A DNA stretch of 63,805 nt, filler included, from Octopus bimaculoides (GCF_001194135.2; 5 parts of 5 records of this genome joined end to end with filler, not necessarily neighbours in it), one strand, 5' to 3'. Numbered from the whole stretch's first letter, positions 39,122-51,887 are shown. The notes: generated by a model not told the origin, from the sequence alone. Numbers and translations: made by a program.

Positions 39122-39465
39122 TCGATAATAATTCAAAGTATAAATATTAGCAACATTATTTTTATCTCGATTTAGTTGATTGTGCAGACTTTGAAAGTGT
39201 TTGTTTATTATGCAGCTAAATGATATCAACACCGTCCTAAACGTTGGTTTCACACGTTGGTTTCACGCAAAGATATTCACAATAATTCACATAAGAGAAA
39301 TCATATATAACTATGCATTTTCTTCTCTTACGTAAAGAAAAAAGTAATGACCTTTATTTTTTTCTCACACTCACTCTTCCACAGGAAAAGGAGGCGATGC
39401 AACAGCAGTTCATTTTCTATTATTTTCATCGGACAAGGGTTTAATGCATTTAACGTTGTTTGAAC

Positions 39466-39526
<61 letters not shown>

Positions 39527-39636
39527 TTGGTGGTGGNNNNNNNNNNNNNNNNNNNNNNNNNNNNNNNNNNNNNNNNNNNNNNNNNNNNNNNNNNNNNNNN
39601 NNNNNNNNNNNNNNNNNNNNNNNNNNNNNNNNNNNN

Positions 39637-39685
<49 letters not shown>

Positions 39686-39727
39686 GGTGGTGGTGGTGGT
39701 GGTGAATGTTTTAATAATAGATTAAGC

Positions 39728-39950
39728 AAGGCGGTGAGCTGGCAGAAACGTTAGCACACCGGAGGAAATGCTTAGCGGTATTCCATCTGTCTTTGTGTTG
39801 TGAGCTCAAATTCCGCCGAGGTCGACTTTGCCTTTCATCCTTTCGGGGTCGATAAATTAAATACGAGCTACGTACTTAGGTCGATCTAATCGACTGCCCC
39901 CCACCCTCCCAAAAAATTCGAGCCTTGTACCTAGAGTAAAAAAGAGTAAT
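39728..39950 (+). mobile_element. tRNA-derived SINE
   Basis: ggcggtgagctggcagaaacgttagcac...gagctcaaattccgccgagg. Confidence 0.8.
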
Positions 39951-40727
39951 AGATTAAGCGGAATAAAAATTAAACGTATATTAAAATAAAGTACATTACT
40001 TTTATATATTTGGTGTGAAATATAATTCAACTCGTATGAAATATATTAGTCTATTACTAGTCATTTGATAAATTACTGTAAAGCAGAGTTTCTTCTTTTC
40101 TAGTAAAAAGAAATGTAAGATCGACACTGGAAACAGAACAAAAATGTTAGCAAATGTGGAATGGGTTAATTGTTAATTGGGCAAATCCACAGAATGAAAA
40201 GAAATTTTAACACAGTTAAAAACATTTATTCTCCGAATCGGCGATCAAGAATTAAAATAACAAATGATGGCTCTGTCTAATAGTTATTGCATGACAGCTA
40301 CCATCTAAAAACAGTGCAATGTGATGATACGTTGGTTCGGTCAATATCAGTATTGCTAAAATAAAATTTTGGAAAGTTATTCCACATAATTTATTTCAAA
40401 ATTTCTGCCTTCACCAAACCTGTCTACCACCATATAGCACAATAACCCAGTCAGTTCAAAACCATTAGTGTGGGAGGGGGTGCGCGTGTGTGTGTACGTG
40501 CGTGTGTATGTGTGAATGAGTGTGTGCGCACGTGTATACATATATATTTGCGAGTACGTGTATGCGCGCGCGTTCACAGACACACACATACATACACGCA
40601 CGCATACACACATACACATATACATGCATACATATATACATATATAATTATACATATATATATATGCATATATACATATATACATACATATATATATACA
40701 TATATATATGCATATATNNNNNNNNNN

Positions 40728-41029
40728 ACACCAAACATTAAGGCAAGACAAACATCTCAAGGACTTATGGACTAACATCTACACTATCGGAAAGCTGAAC
40801 TGTGGACTTTTATGCTTTTTTCTTCTTTTTCTTCATTTCTTTATTCCTTTTCTCCTGTCCTCTGTCATCGTTTCATTAATCTGTACCCTTCACATTTTCC
40901 CTATTTGTCTCCGATGACGGAATATCCCATATTTTGTGTTATCCCAGAAACAGTTGTAAGACTTTGAATTTTTCCGATAATAATAACGTATATGACTTGA
41001 GGTGTTTGTCTTGCCTCAATGTTTGTTGT
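40728..41029. mobile_element. Small element with about 34-bp terminal inverted repeats
   Basis: aaacattaaggcaagacaaacatctcaag (40733-40761) versus cttgaggtgtttgtcttgcctcaatgttt (40996-41024). Confidence 0.75.
40907..40962 (+). ncRNA. Minimal type I hammerhead-like motif (U4 replaced by C)
   Basis: gtct CCGATGA cgga..tccc a GAAAC agtt GTA^agac; 4-bp stem I, 2-bp stem III. Confidence 0.55.
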
Positions 41030-41183
41030 CCTCTTTAACAATTATATATCCGCCATATGGGAAATCTATAATGGTTCCATAACTCCCGTCTCAGCTATGA
41101 CCTTAGAGTCCTGGTAATCCGTTACAGCACTTACCCAGAGTACCTTGTCGTTTAGATCACCTGTGAACTAAACCCCCATACTT

Positions 41184-41226
<43 letters not shown>

Positions 41227-42371
41227 TCGAAAAATAATTGGTCGAATAAGAGTATATATATACAATTGCTTTTCTTCAAACATGCTCACATCCAGAATCA
41301 CTTGTGCTGCGTTCCAACNNNNNNNNNNNNNNNNNNNNNNNNNNNNNNNNNNNNNNNNNNNNNNNNNNNNNNNNNNNNNNNNNNNNNNNNNNNNNNNNNN
41401 NNNNNNNNNNNNNNNNNNNNNNNNNNNNNNNNNNNNNNNNNNNNNNNNNNNNNNNNNNNNNNNNNNNNNNNNNNNNNNNNNNNNNNNNNNNNNNNNNNNN
41501 NNNNNNNNNNNNNNNNNNNNNNNNNNNNNNNNNNNNNNNNNNNNNNNNNNNNNNNNNNNNNNNNNNNNNNNNNNNNNNNNNNNNNNNNNNNNNNNNNNNN
41601 NNNNNNNNNNNNNNNNNNNNNNNNNNNNNNNNNNNNNNNNNNNNNNNNNNNNNNNNNNNNNNNNNNNNNNNNNNNNNNNNNNNNNNNNNNNNNNNNNNNN
41701 NNNNNNNNNNNNNNNNNNNNNNNNNNNNNNNNNNNNNNNNNNNNNNNNNNNNNNNNNNNNNNNNNNNNNNNNNNNNNNNNNNNNNNNNNNNNNNNNNNNN
41801 NNNNNNNNNNNNNNNNNNNNNNNNNNNNNNNNNNNNNNNNNNNNNNNNNNNNNNNNNNNNNNNNNNNNNNNNNNNNNNNNNNNNNNNNNNNNNNNNNNNN
41901 NNNNNNNNNNNNNNNNNNNNNNNNNNNNNNNNNNNNNNNNNNNNNNNNNNNNNNNNNNNNNNNNNNNNNNNNNNNNNNNNNNNNNNNNNNNNNNNNNNNN
42001 NNNNNNNNNNNNNNNNNNNNNNNNNNNNNNNNNNNNNNNNNNNNNNNNNNNNNNNNNNNNNNNNNNNNNNNNNNNNNNNNNNNNNNNNNNNNNNNNNNNN
42101 NNNNNNNNNNNNNNNNNNNNNNNNNNNNNNNNNNNNNNNNNNNNNNNNNNNNNNNNNNNNNNNNNNNNNNNNNNNNNNNNNNNNNNNNNNNNNNNNNNNN
42201 NNNNNNNNNNNNNNNNNNNNNNNNNNNNNNNNNNNNNNNNNNNNNNNNNNNNNACAAATGTATGATTGTGTATGTGAGTAGATGTGGATGGAAGTGCACG
42301 CGTGTGAGTGTGTTTATAAGTGTGTGTGTATTTCTGCATGTGTATATATGTGCGCGTGCGTGCGTGCGTGC

Positions 42372-42409
<38 letters not shown>

Positions 42410-42410
42410 A

Positions 42411-42447
<37 letters not shown>

Positions 42448-42999
42448 CCGCGCGCGCTTATATTGTGTTAAATTTAAATGTGCTGCAGATTGTGATATTT
42501 ATTTTACTACGTAACTGGTAACTTGACGTCAATTGTTCAATGGTGAACACATATTTTGAGAAGTATATTAGTTGACTTGAACTCAAGGTCCATAGGATTG
42601 GTCCATCCAGTTATCGGGCTGTTGCTGATACATTCCGGTGTTGGCACGTGGGGGAGCATCCATAACTAATCTTTGACCGCTACTACCATGTTGATAACTC
42701 TGCAAAAGACATGTTAAACATATACATATATAGAGAGAGAGACATATATATTTATATAAATAAGGATTAGATCGTTATTTAAAATACCGATCCTATCAGG
42801 AGGCCAGCATGGGAATAAAAACCTCAAAAGGTAATAACTATTATTAGAATTATAATTAAGGGTATCTAAGAGATACCACCGTGCTTGAAATAGCAGCCAA
42901 AACTTGACTCTAAAACCACATTAAATGTTCCTACAGCACCAGGAGAAAAGACAAAAAGACAAAATAAACTAGCAAAAAAAAAAAAAAAAATACTAGATA

Positions 43000-43058
43000 A
43001 TTCCAGATCCCGGATTTCTGGCTCTGCATAAGAAATGTTCTGCCTTCATCAGTGGAAT
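43000..43058 (-). ncRNA. Type I hammerhead-like motif in the left palindrome arm
   Basis: attcca CTGATGA a ggc..gcc a GAAA tccggga TC^tggaat; 6-bp stem I. Confidence 0.6.
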
Positions 43059-43206
43059 ATACTCAGATAGCACATAAATACAGATATAAATATATACAAC
43101 ATACGAATACTTACATATAGGTGCATATATATGTATGTATACGTTCGTATATGTAAGTATTCGTATGTTGTATATATATATCTGTATTTATGTGCTATCT
43201 GAGTAT

Positions 43207-43265
43207 ATTCCACTGATGAAGGCAGAGCATTTCTTATGCAGAGCCAGAAATTTGGGATGTGGAAT
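43207..43265 (+). ncRNA. Mirror hammerhead-like motif in the right arm, cleavage site mutated
   Basis: attcca CTGATGA aggc..gcca GAAA tttggga TG tggaat; G at position 17. Confidence 0.45.
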
Positions 43266-43417
43266 TATCGAGTAATTTTTTTTTTTTTTGCTACTTTATT
43301 TTGTCTTTTTGTCTTCCCTCCTGGTGCTGTATGAACATTTAATGTGATTTTAGAGTCAAGTTTTGGGTGCTATTTCAAGCATGGTGGTATCTCTTAGATA
43401 CCCTTAATTATAATTTA

Positions 43418-43495
<78 letters not shown>

Positions 43496-43511
43496 TGCAT
43501 GCATACATACA

Positions 43512-43547
<36 letters not shown>

Positions 43548-43589
43548 TACATATATATTTGTATTTATTTTTATGAATATTTAGGAGAA

Positions 43590-45900
43590 GGAACAGAATG
43601 ACTCTAGGGTCGAGAGTTTCGTGCGTTTCCTATATTTGTATTTACTCTCAGCCCTTCAGTGCCTCCGACGCCATCAAGATATCTTTATCAAAACGACTGA
43701 CAAAGGTGGAGCTGTTGAGGCCCAAATATTCTCTCAGTTCACCGGTCACAATCCCGAGCCATACGGTCATTACATTGACAACTGTATCAGCGCGACCTTA
43801 TTCTCCGCAAACAACTCGACTCCTTCCTCTCTTGAATTTCCCACCCTTGAATTTTCCTGATCTGTCTCCAACACTTTTATCAACTTCCACCACTCTCTTA
43901 CCACTTCCATCTACTATAAACCCACAGACTCATACACTTATCTCAAGTTATTCTCCTCCCATCCTACCCATACCAATCTGTCCATACCTTACTCTCAGCT
44001 CTTTTGTCTCCGTCGACTCTGTAATGACGACCATGACTTTAGGACACATTCCCAACTCATGGTTCGCCATTTCACCGAATGAGTATAGCCCACCAACGTC
44101 ATCCAAATAGCCCTCACCTGTGCCGATCTGTTGACCGTGCATCCACTCTTTCTCCCGCACCTTCCCCACTCTTATCCACCTCCCTTTTCCTATAATTTCC
44201 CACCACTCAACCCTACTCCTCCAACAGACCGTTTTAAGTGCTTTATGCTAATTCCTTTCTAATCCCTCCATCTTCCAAATCTTCTTCAACCCAACCTTCC
44301 TCTCCTTGAAACACGCCTGTAACCTATATGACCTTCAGGTCTGCAGCTGCTTTCCCACTCCAGGTACTCAAAGTACTCACCGGCACCTATCATCTCCCCT
44401 ACCACATCACCGACTCATTCACCTGCACCTTCAGCAATTTAGTCAACTGCATCCTCTGCTATCTATCTTTCACTTTTTTCTCTCTCTGTCTCTTTCTCTC
44501 TCTCTCTCCCTCTCTCTCTCTCCCCCTCTCTCTCTCTCTCTCTCTCTTTCTCCCCCCTCTCTCTCTCTCTCTCTCTCTGTAACTCTCTGTACATTGGTCA
44601 ACTGTACAACTGGCCAGCGTTTGGCTGACCGGTTTGCCGAACATCTTCGGGAAATTAGACACGGTGATGACATCCCAGTTTCGCGCCACTTCCACTCGAC
44701 TGACCATTCCCTGCAACATCTGCCTGTGTTCGGACGAGCCTCACACAGAGGCCACCCGTACTTCCACCTCCGTCGTAAGTAGAATTTCATTTTATCTCCA
44801 TTTCTCAATTTTTCATTGTCTCAGCTTCATCTCTGTTCATCTAAACACGCTTCTACACACATTTACACATCACATACCTTCCACATTCCACTACTCCACC
44901 TCGTCTTCCCCCACACACACCTCTTTACACAATTTACATACACCGCACAAACCATTATTCTCTTACAGCATATACATACAGCTGCACACACGCACGCTCC
45001 TTCTTCACACACACGGGCACCCACACTCTCATTACCTTATCCTCACGCATAGTAACATGCATATAGTCACACCCTACACCTCCCAACTCCTGCCGCATCT
45101 GCCACCCTTACTCTACCGGACACATCCAGAATACTCACACACATACTAACTCCATACAGAAACACTCTATCCAACAGACCCATATACAAGCCAACTGAAA
45201 ACAGAAACATACACACGCGCTCACATGCATGCAAACACGCATAAACACACACAATATTCACGTATAAACACATAATATATATACACACAATAGCATCACA
45301 CACACATGTGCCTGCACACATACATCTGAAAGCCTCAAATACACACAATTGATAGCCTTACACGTCATACGTTAGACAGCCTCATAAACGCTTCCACACA
45401 CACGCGCACACACACACACATAAACACACGGAGTACACACGCACTTATCGCTTCACACACACGTACAAGTTCGCACGCACACACACACACATGCAAACAC
45501 GCGCATACATATACATATATACGCTCACATAATCTTTATACTCGTTCACATGCTTGCCAACTACACATACGCGCTCGCCCATACACACATATGCTCACGC
45601 ACGAATTATCCTCATATACAAACATATGCTTGCGTACACACATACTTTAGCTCGGTCACAGTTGTTTCCCTTGCCAACCACACTTCCTACCATTTCCTTC
45701 CTTCCAGTTAATTCAACATGAAGCACCGTTTATTCAGACACGTATTTTCCTCTCAATTTCTCCTCTCTCCGTCTGTTTTCTCTCCGCATTCTTTTCTGTA
45801 GAAGAGCATAGGCTCGAAACATCTAAAGAATTCTTCCATTTTTCCTGGGCGTCAAAATAATACAACCTGTTTCATGTTCTTCTATCTGTCTCTGTTTTTT
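43590..45900 (+). mobile_element. Penelope-like element remnant: RT, GIY-YIG endonuclease and terminal repeat
   Basis: IKTTDKGGAV; degenerate YIDD motif (YIDNCISAT); FTCTFSNLVNCILC..TGQRLADRFAEHLREIR..PVSRHF; (TC)n inserted in the endonuclease region. Confidence 0.8.
45788..45831 (+). ncRNA. Degenerate hammerhead motif at the PLE 3' end
   Basis: attctttt CTGTAGA a gagc atag gctc GAAA ca TC^taaagaat; A6 replaced by U, 7-bp stem I after one mismatch. Confidence 0.5.
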
Positions 45901-46032
45901 GTATATTTTTTTGTATATTCTTGAACCATATATAAATATATATACATGTGGTCCATATATACGCACACTCACGCAGTTACAGATAAGGAGCTATCATTAA
46001 ATAAAGTCATAAGACGATAAGACAATCTTGTT

Positions 46033-46069
<37 letters not shown>

Positions 46070-46072
<3 letters not shown>

Positions 46073-46615
46073 TTTATTCAGTTTCCTTCTACCAAATCCA
46101 TTTGTAAGGCCTTAGCTGGCCTAAGGCTATAGAGGACGCTTGACCAAGGTGCTACGCAGTGGAAGTGTACCCAGAATCATGTGTTTAGGAAGCAAACTTC
46201 TTACCACACAGCCACACCACAACACTTTTTTTCTTGTATTTGTGTCAGTCATTAGACTGCAGCCATGCTGGAGCATCGCATTGAATGGTTTAGTCGAAGA
46301 AATCGACCCCAGTACTTATTTTTTTCTAGTACTTTTTCTATCGTCCCATTTTACTGAATAGCTAAGTTACGGAGACATAAGCAAGCCATCACCGGTTGTT
46401 AAGTGGTGGTGGAAAAGAAACAAAAATAAAGACACACTCACACACACACACACGCACACATGAACACATATATACGACAGGCTTCTTTTAATTTCCGTCT
46501 ACCAAATCCACTCACAAGGTTTGGTCGGCTCGGGACTTATGTAGAAGACACTTGCCCAAGAGGACATGCAGTAGGACAGAACTCGGAATTATATGGTTGG
46601 GAAGTAGACTTCACA
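46070..46615 (-). mobile_element. Two nested or adjacent SINE copies (6459 family)
   Basis: Repeated ttccgtctaccaaatccac and head motifs. Confidence 0.7.
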
Positions 46616-46727
46616 AGGTATAATGTTTAACAGGAACTTTAAGCAGATATAAACAATAGAATCAATCCAAAGAGAATATCAATGAGTTTTGCAGTCTATA
46701 GAGGAGTGAGGGGTAACGCTATAAAAA

Positions 46728-47345
46728 TACGAAGGAATAGAATACTTTATGTACATTGAGTCAAAAGATTTGCAATATTTTGGTAACTTATTCGCTTTAT
46801 TCGTCAAGTTACATCAAGAGCGACTTAGCATTCGAATCAGAGGCCATCGTGTTGCACCATCTGGTGTCACCTTTCTCCAGTTCTTTGATCCCACGCTGAT
46901 ACACGTTCTTGCCATTCGAGTTGAACAACTCCTTCACTGAAGCTTCCATCTCCTCTTGGTCCATGACACGTCGCGCGTGCAGGAAGTGAGCCTTGGATCG
47001 GAACAAGTAATAATCCAAAAGACCTAGGTTCAGACTAAATGCTGTATTGAATATGACATCAGTTTGGTGCTCTCAAGTTCCTGGAGTTTATTCCGGTCAT
47101 TCGAACGGTATGATGGCACATGTCTTCCTTCAGAAAATATCACTTTCTGTTAACCAATACCAGGTGTGTTTGCCGCACAATGGCATACATCCGCTTCAGC
47201 TCTTTGGAGTACAGGTTGGCATCACTGGTTCGACCATCCAGAACGAACTCGAAGTGAATCATCTCCTCATAAATTCCACCAGATGCAGAGCATCACTGTG
47301 TTCAAAATACCCATGTTTGGCGACAAGTTCCTGAAGCTGACCCTT
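46728..47345 (-). mobile_element. mariner transposase C-terminal remnant
   Basis: VMLCIWWN; DYYLFRS..EEMEASVKELFNS..YQRGIKEL. Confidence 0.8.
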
Positions 47346-47375
47346 GCTTAAATAACCATTGCTTAAATATCTCCC

Positions 47376-47500
47376 TCAGATTATTACGTGTTCCGACCCA
47401 TGGCTCACTTCCTGCACTCGCGACCAAGAATAAGTGAAAGATTCAAGGAAGATTTCTTCGCCTCGAAGGAGAAGAATTGCTATCAGCATGGGATCAAAGG
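47376..47500 (+). mobile_element. Second mariner fragment in the opposite orientation
   Basis: YVFRPMAHFLHS..FKEDFFASKEKNCYQHGIK, homologous to the minus-strand copy. Confidence 0.7.
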
Positions 47501-47999
47501 GCATATATATATATATATATATNNNNNNNNNNNNNNNNNNNNNNNNNNNNNNNNNNNNNNNNNNNNNNNNNNNNNNNNNNNNNNNNNNNNNNNNNNNNNN
47601 NNNNNNNNNNNNNNNNNNNNNNNNNNNNNNNNNNNNNNNNNNNNNNNNNNNNNNNNNNNNNNNNNNNNNNNNNNNNNNNNNNNNNNNNNNNNNNNNNNNN
47701 NNNNNNNNNNNNNNNNNNNNNNNNNNNNNNNNNNNNNNNNNNNNNNNNNNNNNNNNNNNNNNNNNNNNNNNNNNNNNNNNNNNNNNNNNNNNNNNNNNNN
47801 NNNNNNNNNNNNNNNNNNNNNNNNNNNNNNNNNNNNNNNNNNNNNNNNNNNNNNNNNNNNNNNNNNNNNNNNNNNNNNNNNNNNNNNNNNNNNNNNNNNN
47901 NNNNNNNNNNNNNNNNNNNNNNNNNNNNNNNNNNNNNNNNNNNNNNNNNNNNNNNNNNNNNNNNNNNNNNTATCGTGGGTCATTCTGAAGGTGGACTTC

Positions 48000-48700
48000 A
48001 ACGTAAAATAGCAAAAGAACCTTGGGATCCCGCTTTCTACAGTTAATAAAGTGATTGTGCAATTCACCAATGAGGGAAAGGAGTCCACATGACGTCGACC
48101 AGGAGCCTCTGACAGGACCCTTCGCTTTGTTATGAGAAGTGTGGAGGATAATCATCGTTGCAAGGGCTCTGACATAGCAGAACAAATTGATGTCAGTCCC
48201 AGAACAGCTATCATATATCTCCATAAACTTGGCTACTATGGCAGAGCAGCAAGAAGGAAGCCACTTCTTTGACCAGCCAATATCAAGCGCAGAAAAGATT
48301 GGGCCAGTGAGATTGTGGAGTAGCCACTAGCATTTTGGGACACTGCCATATTCTCTGATGAGTTCAGATTTGCTGTATTTTCTGACAGTGGTCAAGTGTG
48401 GGTCCGGAAACTCTGATCAAGAATTTGACGTGAAAACATTGCTGCCAACAATGAAACATGGTGGTTATTCTGTGATGGTCTGGGGAGTAATTTGCGGCAA
48501 TGGTCGATCAGTGCTGGTGAAGTGTGAGAAAAACATAAGCTCAGATATATATGTGTCCAAATTGCAGAAAGGACTCCTAAGTTTCTCCAGTGGTGAAATG
48601 ATTAAAGAAGACTATTTATGGGATGGGGCTCCTTGTCACATGGCTAAAAAGACCCAAAATTAGTTGGACCACACGTTGCTCACGTTCCTTCCAAACATAA
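48000..48700 (+). mobile_element. Tc1-family transposase remnant
   Basis: RAARRKPLL; WDTAIFSDEFRF; PTMKHGGYSVMVWG; DGAPCH. Confidence 0.85.
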
Positions 48701-49928
48701 TCCAAATATGCAAAATATATAAAAAGTCAGGGTATAATATGCACCTGCCTGCTTGAAAGAGGAGTTAAAATCCTCCAAAACCACGCATTTCTCACAATAT
48801 TTAAACACGCACGGAAAATATAGCAAATATATTTCTCCGAAACAGTCCTCCCACTTGCAAATGCAAATAGTAAAATACAAATAGGAACATAGACAAGTGC
48901 AAACTGGTGCATATTGTACACTGACTTTATATATATATAAGTCAGTAAATAGTGGGGTTGTGTTAACCGCACGTGGAGAAATAATAGGAAAATGAAAAAA
49001 CTCTCAACTCTCATGCATCCTTATTTTTCCTACCACTATATACATGAACTACTATTGAACTTCAAAAGCTCAAAGACAATATAATGTATGGGTATATTTA
49101 TTTTTTTATATAATATTGTTTTNNNNNNNNNNNNNNNNNNNNNNNNNNNNNNNNNNNNNNNNNNNNNNNNNNNNNNNNNNNNNNNNNNNNNNNNNNNNNN
49201 NNNNNNNNNNNNNNNNNNNNNNNNNNNNNNNNNNNNNNNNNNNNNNNNNNNNNNNNNNNNNNNNNNNNNNNNNNNNNNNNNNNNNNNNNNNNNNNNNNNN
49301 NNNNNNNNNNNNNNNNNNNNNNNNNNNNNNNNNNNNNNNNNNNNNNNNNNNNNNNNNNNNNNNNNNNNNNNNNNNNNNNNNNNNNNNNNNNNNNNNNNNN
49401 NNNNNNNNNNNNNNNNNNNNNNNNNNNNNNNNNNNNNNNNNNNNNNNNNNNNNNNNNNNNNNNNNNNNNNNNNNNNNNNNNNNNNNNNNNNNNNNNNNNN
49501 NNNNNNNNNNNNNNNNNNNNNNNNNNNNNNNNNNNNNNNNNNNNNNNNNNNNNNNNNNNNNNNNNNNNNNNNNNNNNNNNNNNNNNNNNNNNNNNNNNNN
49601 NNNNNNNNNNNNNNNNNNNNNNNNNNNNNNNNNNNNNNNNNNNNNNNNNNNNNNNNNNNNNNNNNNNNNNNNNNNNNNNNNNNNNNNNNNNNNNNNNNNN
49701 NNNNNNNNNNNNNNNNNNNNNNNNNNNNNNNNNNNNNNNNNNNNNNNNNNNNNNNNNNNNNNNNNNNNNNNNNNNNNNNNNNNNNNNNNNNNNNNNNNNN
49801 NNNNNNNNNNNNNNNNNNNNNNNNNNNNNNNNNNNNNNNNNNNNNNNNNNNNNNNNNNNNNNNNNNNNNNNNNNNNNNNNNNNNNNNNNNNNNNNNNNNN
49901 NNNNNNNNNNNNNNNNNNNNNNNNNNNN

Positions 49929-49968
<40 letters not shown>

Positions 49969-50049
49969 GGTGAGATGGGTAAATTGTCGCGATTTTACAT
50001 TTTTTGTGCATACGCATTGTTTGCTTTTGAGTTTATCGACTACACAGTA

Positions 50050-50420
50050 TAGTAGGGTCAGTTGAGCACCATTTGTGAGAAAAACAGCACCATGATGCAA
50101 TTCTCTCTGCCAGAAATTTGGAAACATCATGCTGTACTACTTGGCATTCGCATCGGAAGCTACAATACGAACATTTTGGAGTGTTTGGGTGTCAACCTGA
50201 GGACAGTGCAATGTGAGGACACGTACCGAGAGTGATAACAATCAAATATTCAGTCAACATCATGGTGTTTTGAGTGATCACTAGTGATCGAGACCTTATG
50301 CCTCCATTCATCTTCCCACAGAGCCTCAGACCCAACACGGAGGCCTACATCTATTGCCTGGAGGACGTAGTGCTGCACTGGGTCAAAGGGGTGGCTGTCA
50401 GACAATTTCTGCAACTGATA
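50050..50420 (+). mobile_element. Tc1/mariner-superfamily transposase remnant
   Basis: VNIMVF.VITS..LMPPFIFP..LRPNTEAYIYCLEDVVLHWVKGVA. Confidence 0.7.
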
Positions 50421-50686
50421 GAATAAGTACAAGGCTTACAAAGAATAAGTCATGGGGTCGATTTGTTCGATTAAAGGCGGTGCCCTAGCATGGCATGGCC
50501 GTAGTCAAATGACTGAAACAAGTAAAAGAGTAAAAAAAAAAGAGTATATATANNNNNNNNNNNNNNNNNNNNNNNNNNNNNNNNNNNNNNNNNNNNTTAA
50601 TTAATTAANNNNNNNNNNNNNNNNNNNNNNNNNNNNNNNNNNNNNNNNNNNNTATAAAAATAAAACTACTGAACAATAATAAAAAT

Positions 50687-50945
50687 AATTCCTATCATAG
50701 TAGGTGCCTTAGGTATAATAAAAAAATATTCAGACAAATACATAACAAAAACACCAGGACTTACAAATATATATAACATACAGAAAATTGCACTACTGGG
50801 CACTGCACACATCCTACGCAAAACACTTTCAATACAGTAACCATAAGAGCATCACAGCAAACCACAGCACATACCCAAGGCACACAGAGCTGCGCTCGGT
50901 AGTGAAGTGAAAGCACGTTATAAAAATAAAACTACTGAATAATAA
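50687..50945 (+). mobile_element. R4/Dong-like LINE 3' end, preceded by the tail of another copy
   Basis: PIIVGALGIIKK..NIQKIALLGTAHILRKTLSIQ*, 3' UTR, (AAT)n tail. Confidence 0.85.
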
Positions 50946-51163
50946 TAATAACAACACATTCCACTTGATGCACACAGCCTGAAATTTGAGAGAATGCTTA
51001 GTTGATTATATTGATTGAGCCCAGTGTGGTACTTATTTTATCAACTCCAAAAGGATGAAAGGCAAAGTCAACCTGGGAAGAACTTGGACTCAAAACAAAA
51101 AGACAAACAAAATGATTAACAACATATTGTCTGGCATGCTAATGGATCTACCAGCTTGCTGCT

Positions 51164-51225
<62 letters not shown>

Positions 51226-51447
51226 GGTGGTAGTGGTGGTTCTAATTTAGACACAAGGCCAACAATTTTGAGAAGGGTGTTGATACCATTAACCCCACTA
51301 TTTGACAGCTACTTTATTTCATTAAACCTTGAAGGATAAAAAACAAAGTTGAGATTCAAATTCTTTCTGAGTTCAAATCACGCTGAAGTCAACTCTGATT
51401 CGAAGTAAGTACTATTGTTATTATTATTATCATTATTATTATTGTTG

Positions 51448-51848
51448 TTCAGTAGTTTTATTTTTATAACGTGCTTTCACTTCACTACCGAGCGCAGCTC
51501 TGTGTGCCTTGGGTCTGTGCTGTGATTTGCTGTGATGCTCTTATGGTTACTGTATTGAAAGTGTTTTGTGTAGAATGTGTGCAGTGCCCAGTAGTGCAAT
51601 TTTCTGTATGTTATATATATTTGTAAGTCCTGGTGTTTTTGTTATGTATTTGTCTGAATATTTTTTTACTATACCTAAGGCACCTACTATGATAGGAATT
51701 GTTTCTGTTTTTAGATTCCACATTCGAGTTACCTCTATTTCTAGGTCTTTGTAGTTTGAAAGTTTTTCCATTTCTTTTAGGGAAACGTTGTCATCTGCTG
51801 GTATTGATACATCAATTAGAAAGCATTTTTTTTCTTCATGATCTTTGA

Positions 51849-51850
<2 letters not shown>
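51448..51850 (-). mobile_element. R4/Dong-like LINE 3' end, inverted relative to 50687-50945
   Basis: FLIDVSIPADDNVSLKEMEKLSNYKDLEIEVTRMW..IPIIVGALG. Confidence 0.85.

Positions 51851-51887
<37 letters not shown>

Larger units (their letters stand above)
42848..43415. repeat. 568-bp foldback palindrome (arms 42848-43119 and 43148-43415, 28-nt spacer)
   Basis: Arms about 95% identical by manual comparison. Confidence 0.95.

Noticed and set aside
48355-48362. CTGATGA motif
   Set aside because: Encodes the FSDE catalytic motif of the Tc1 transposase; no ribozyme stems
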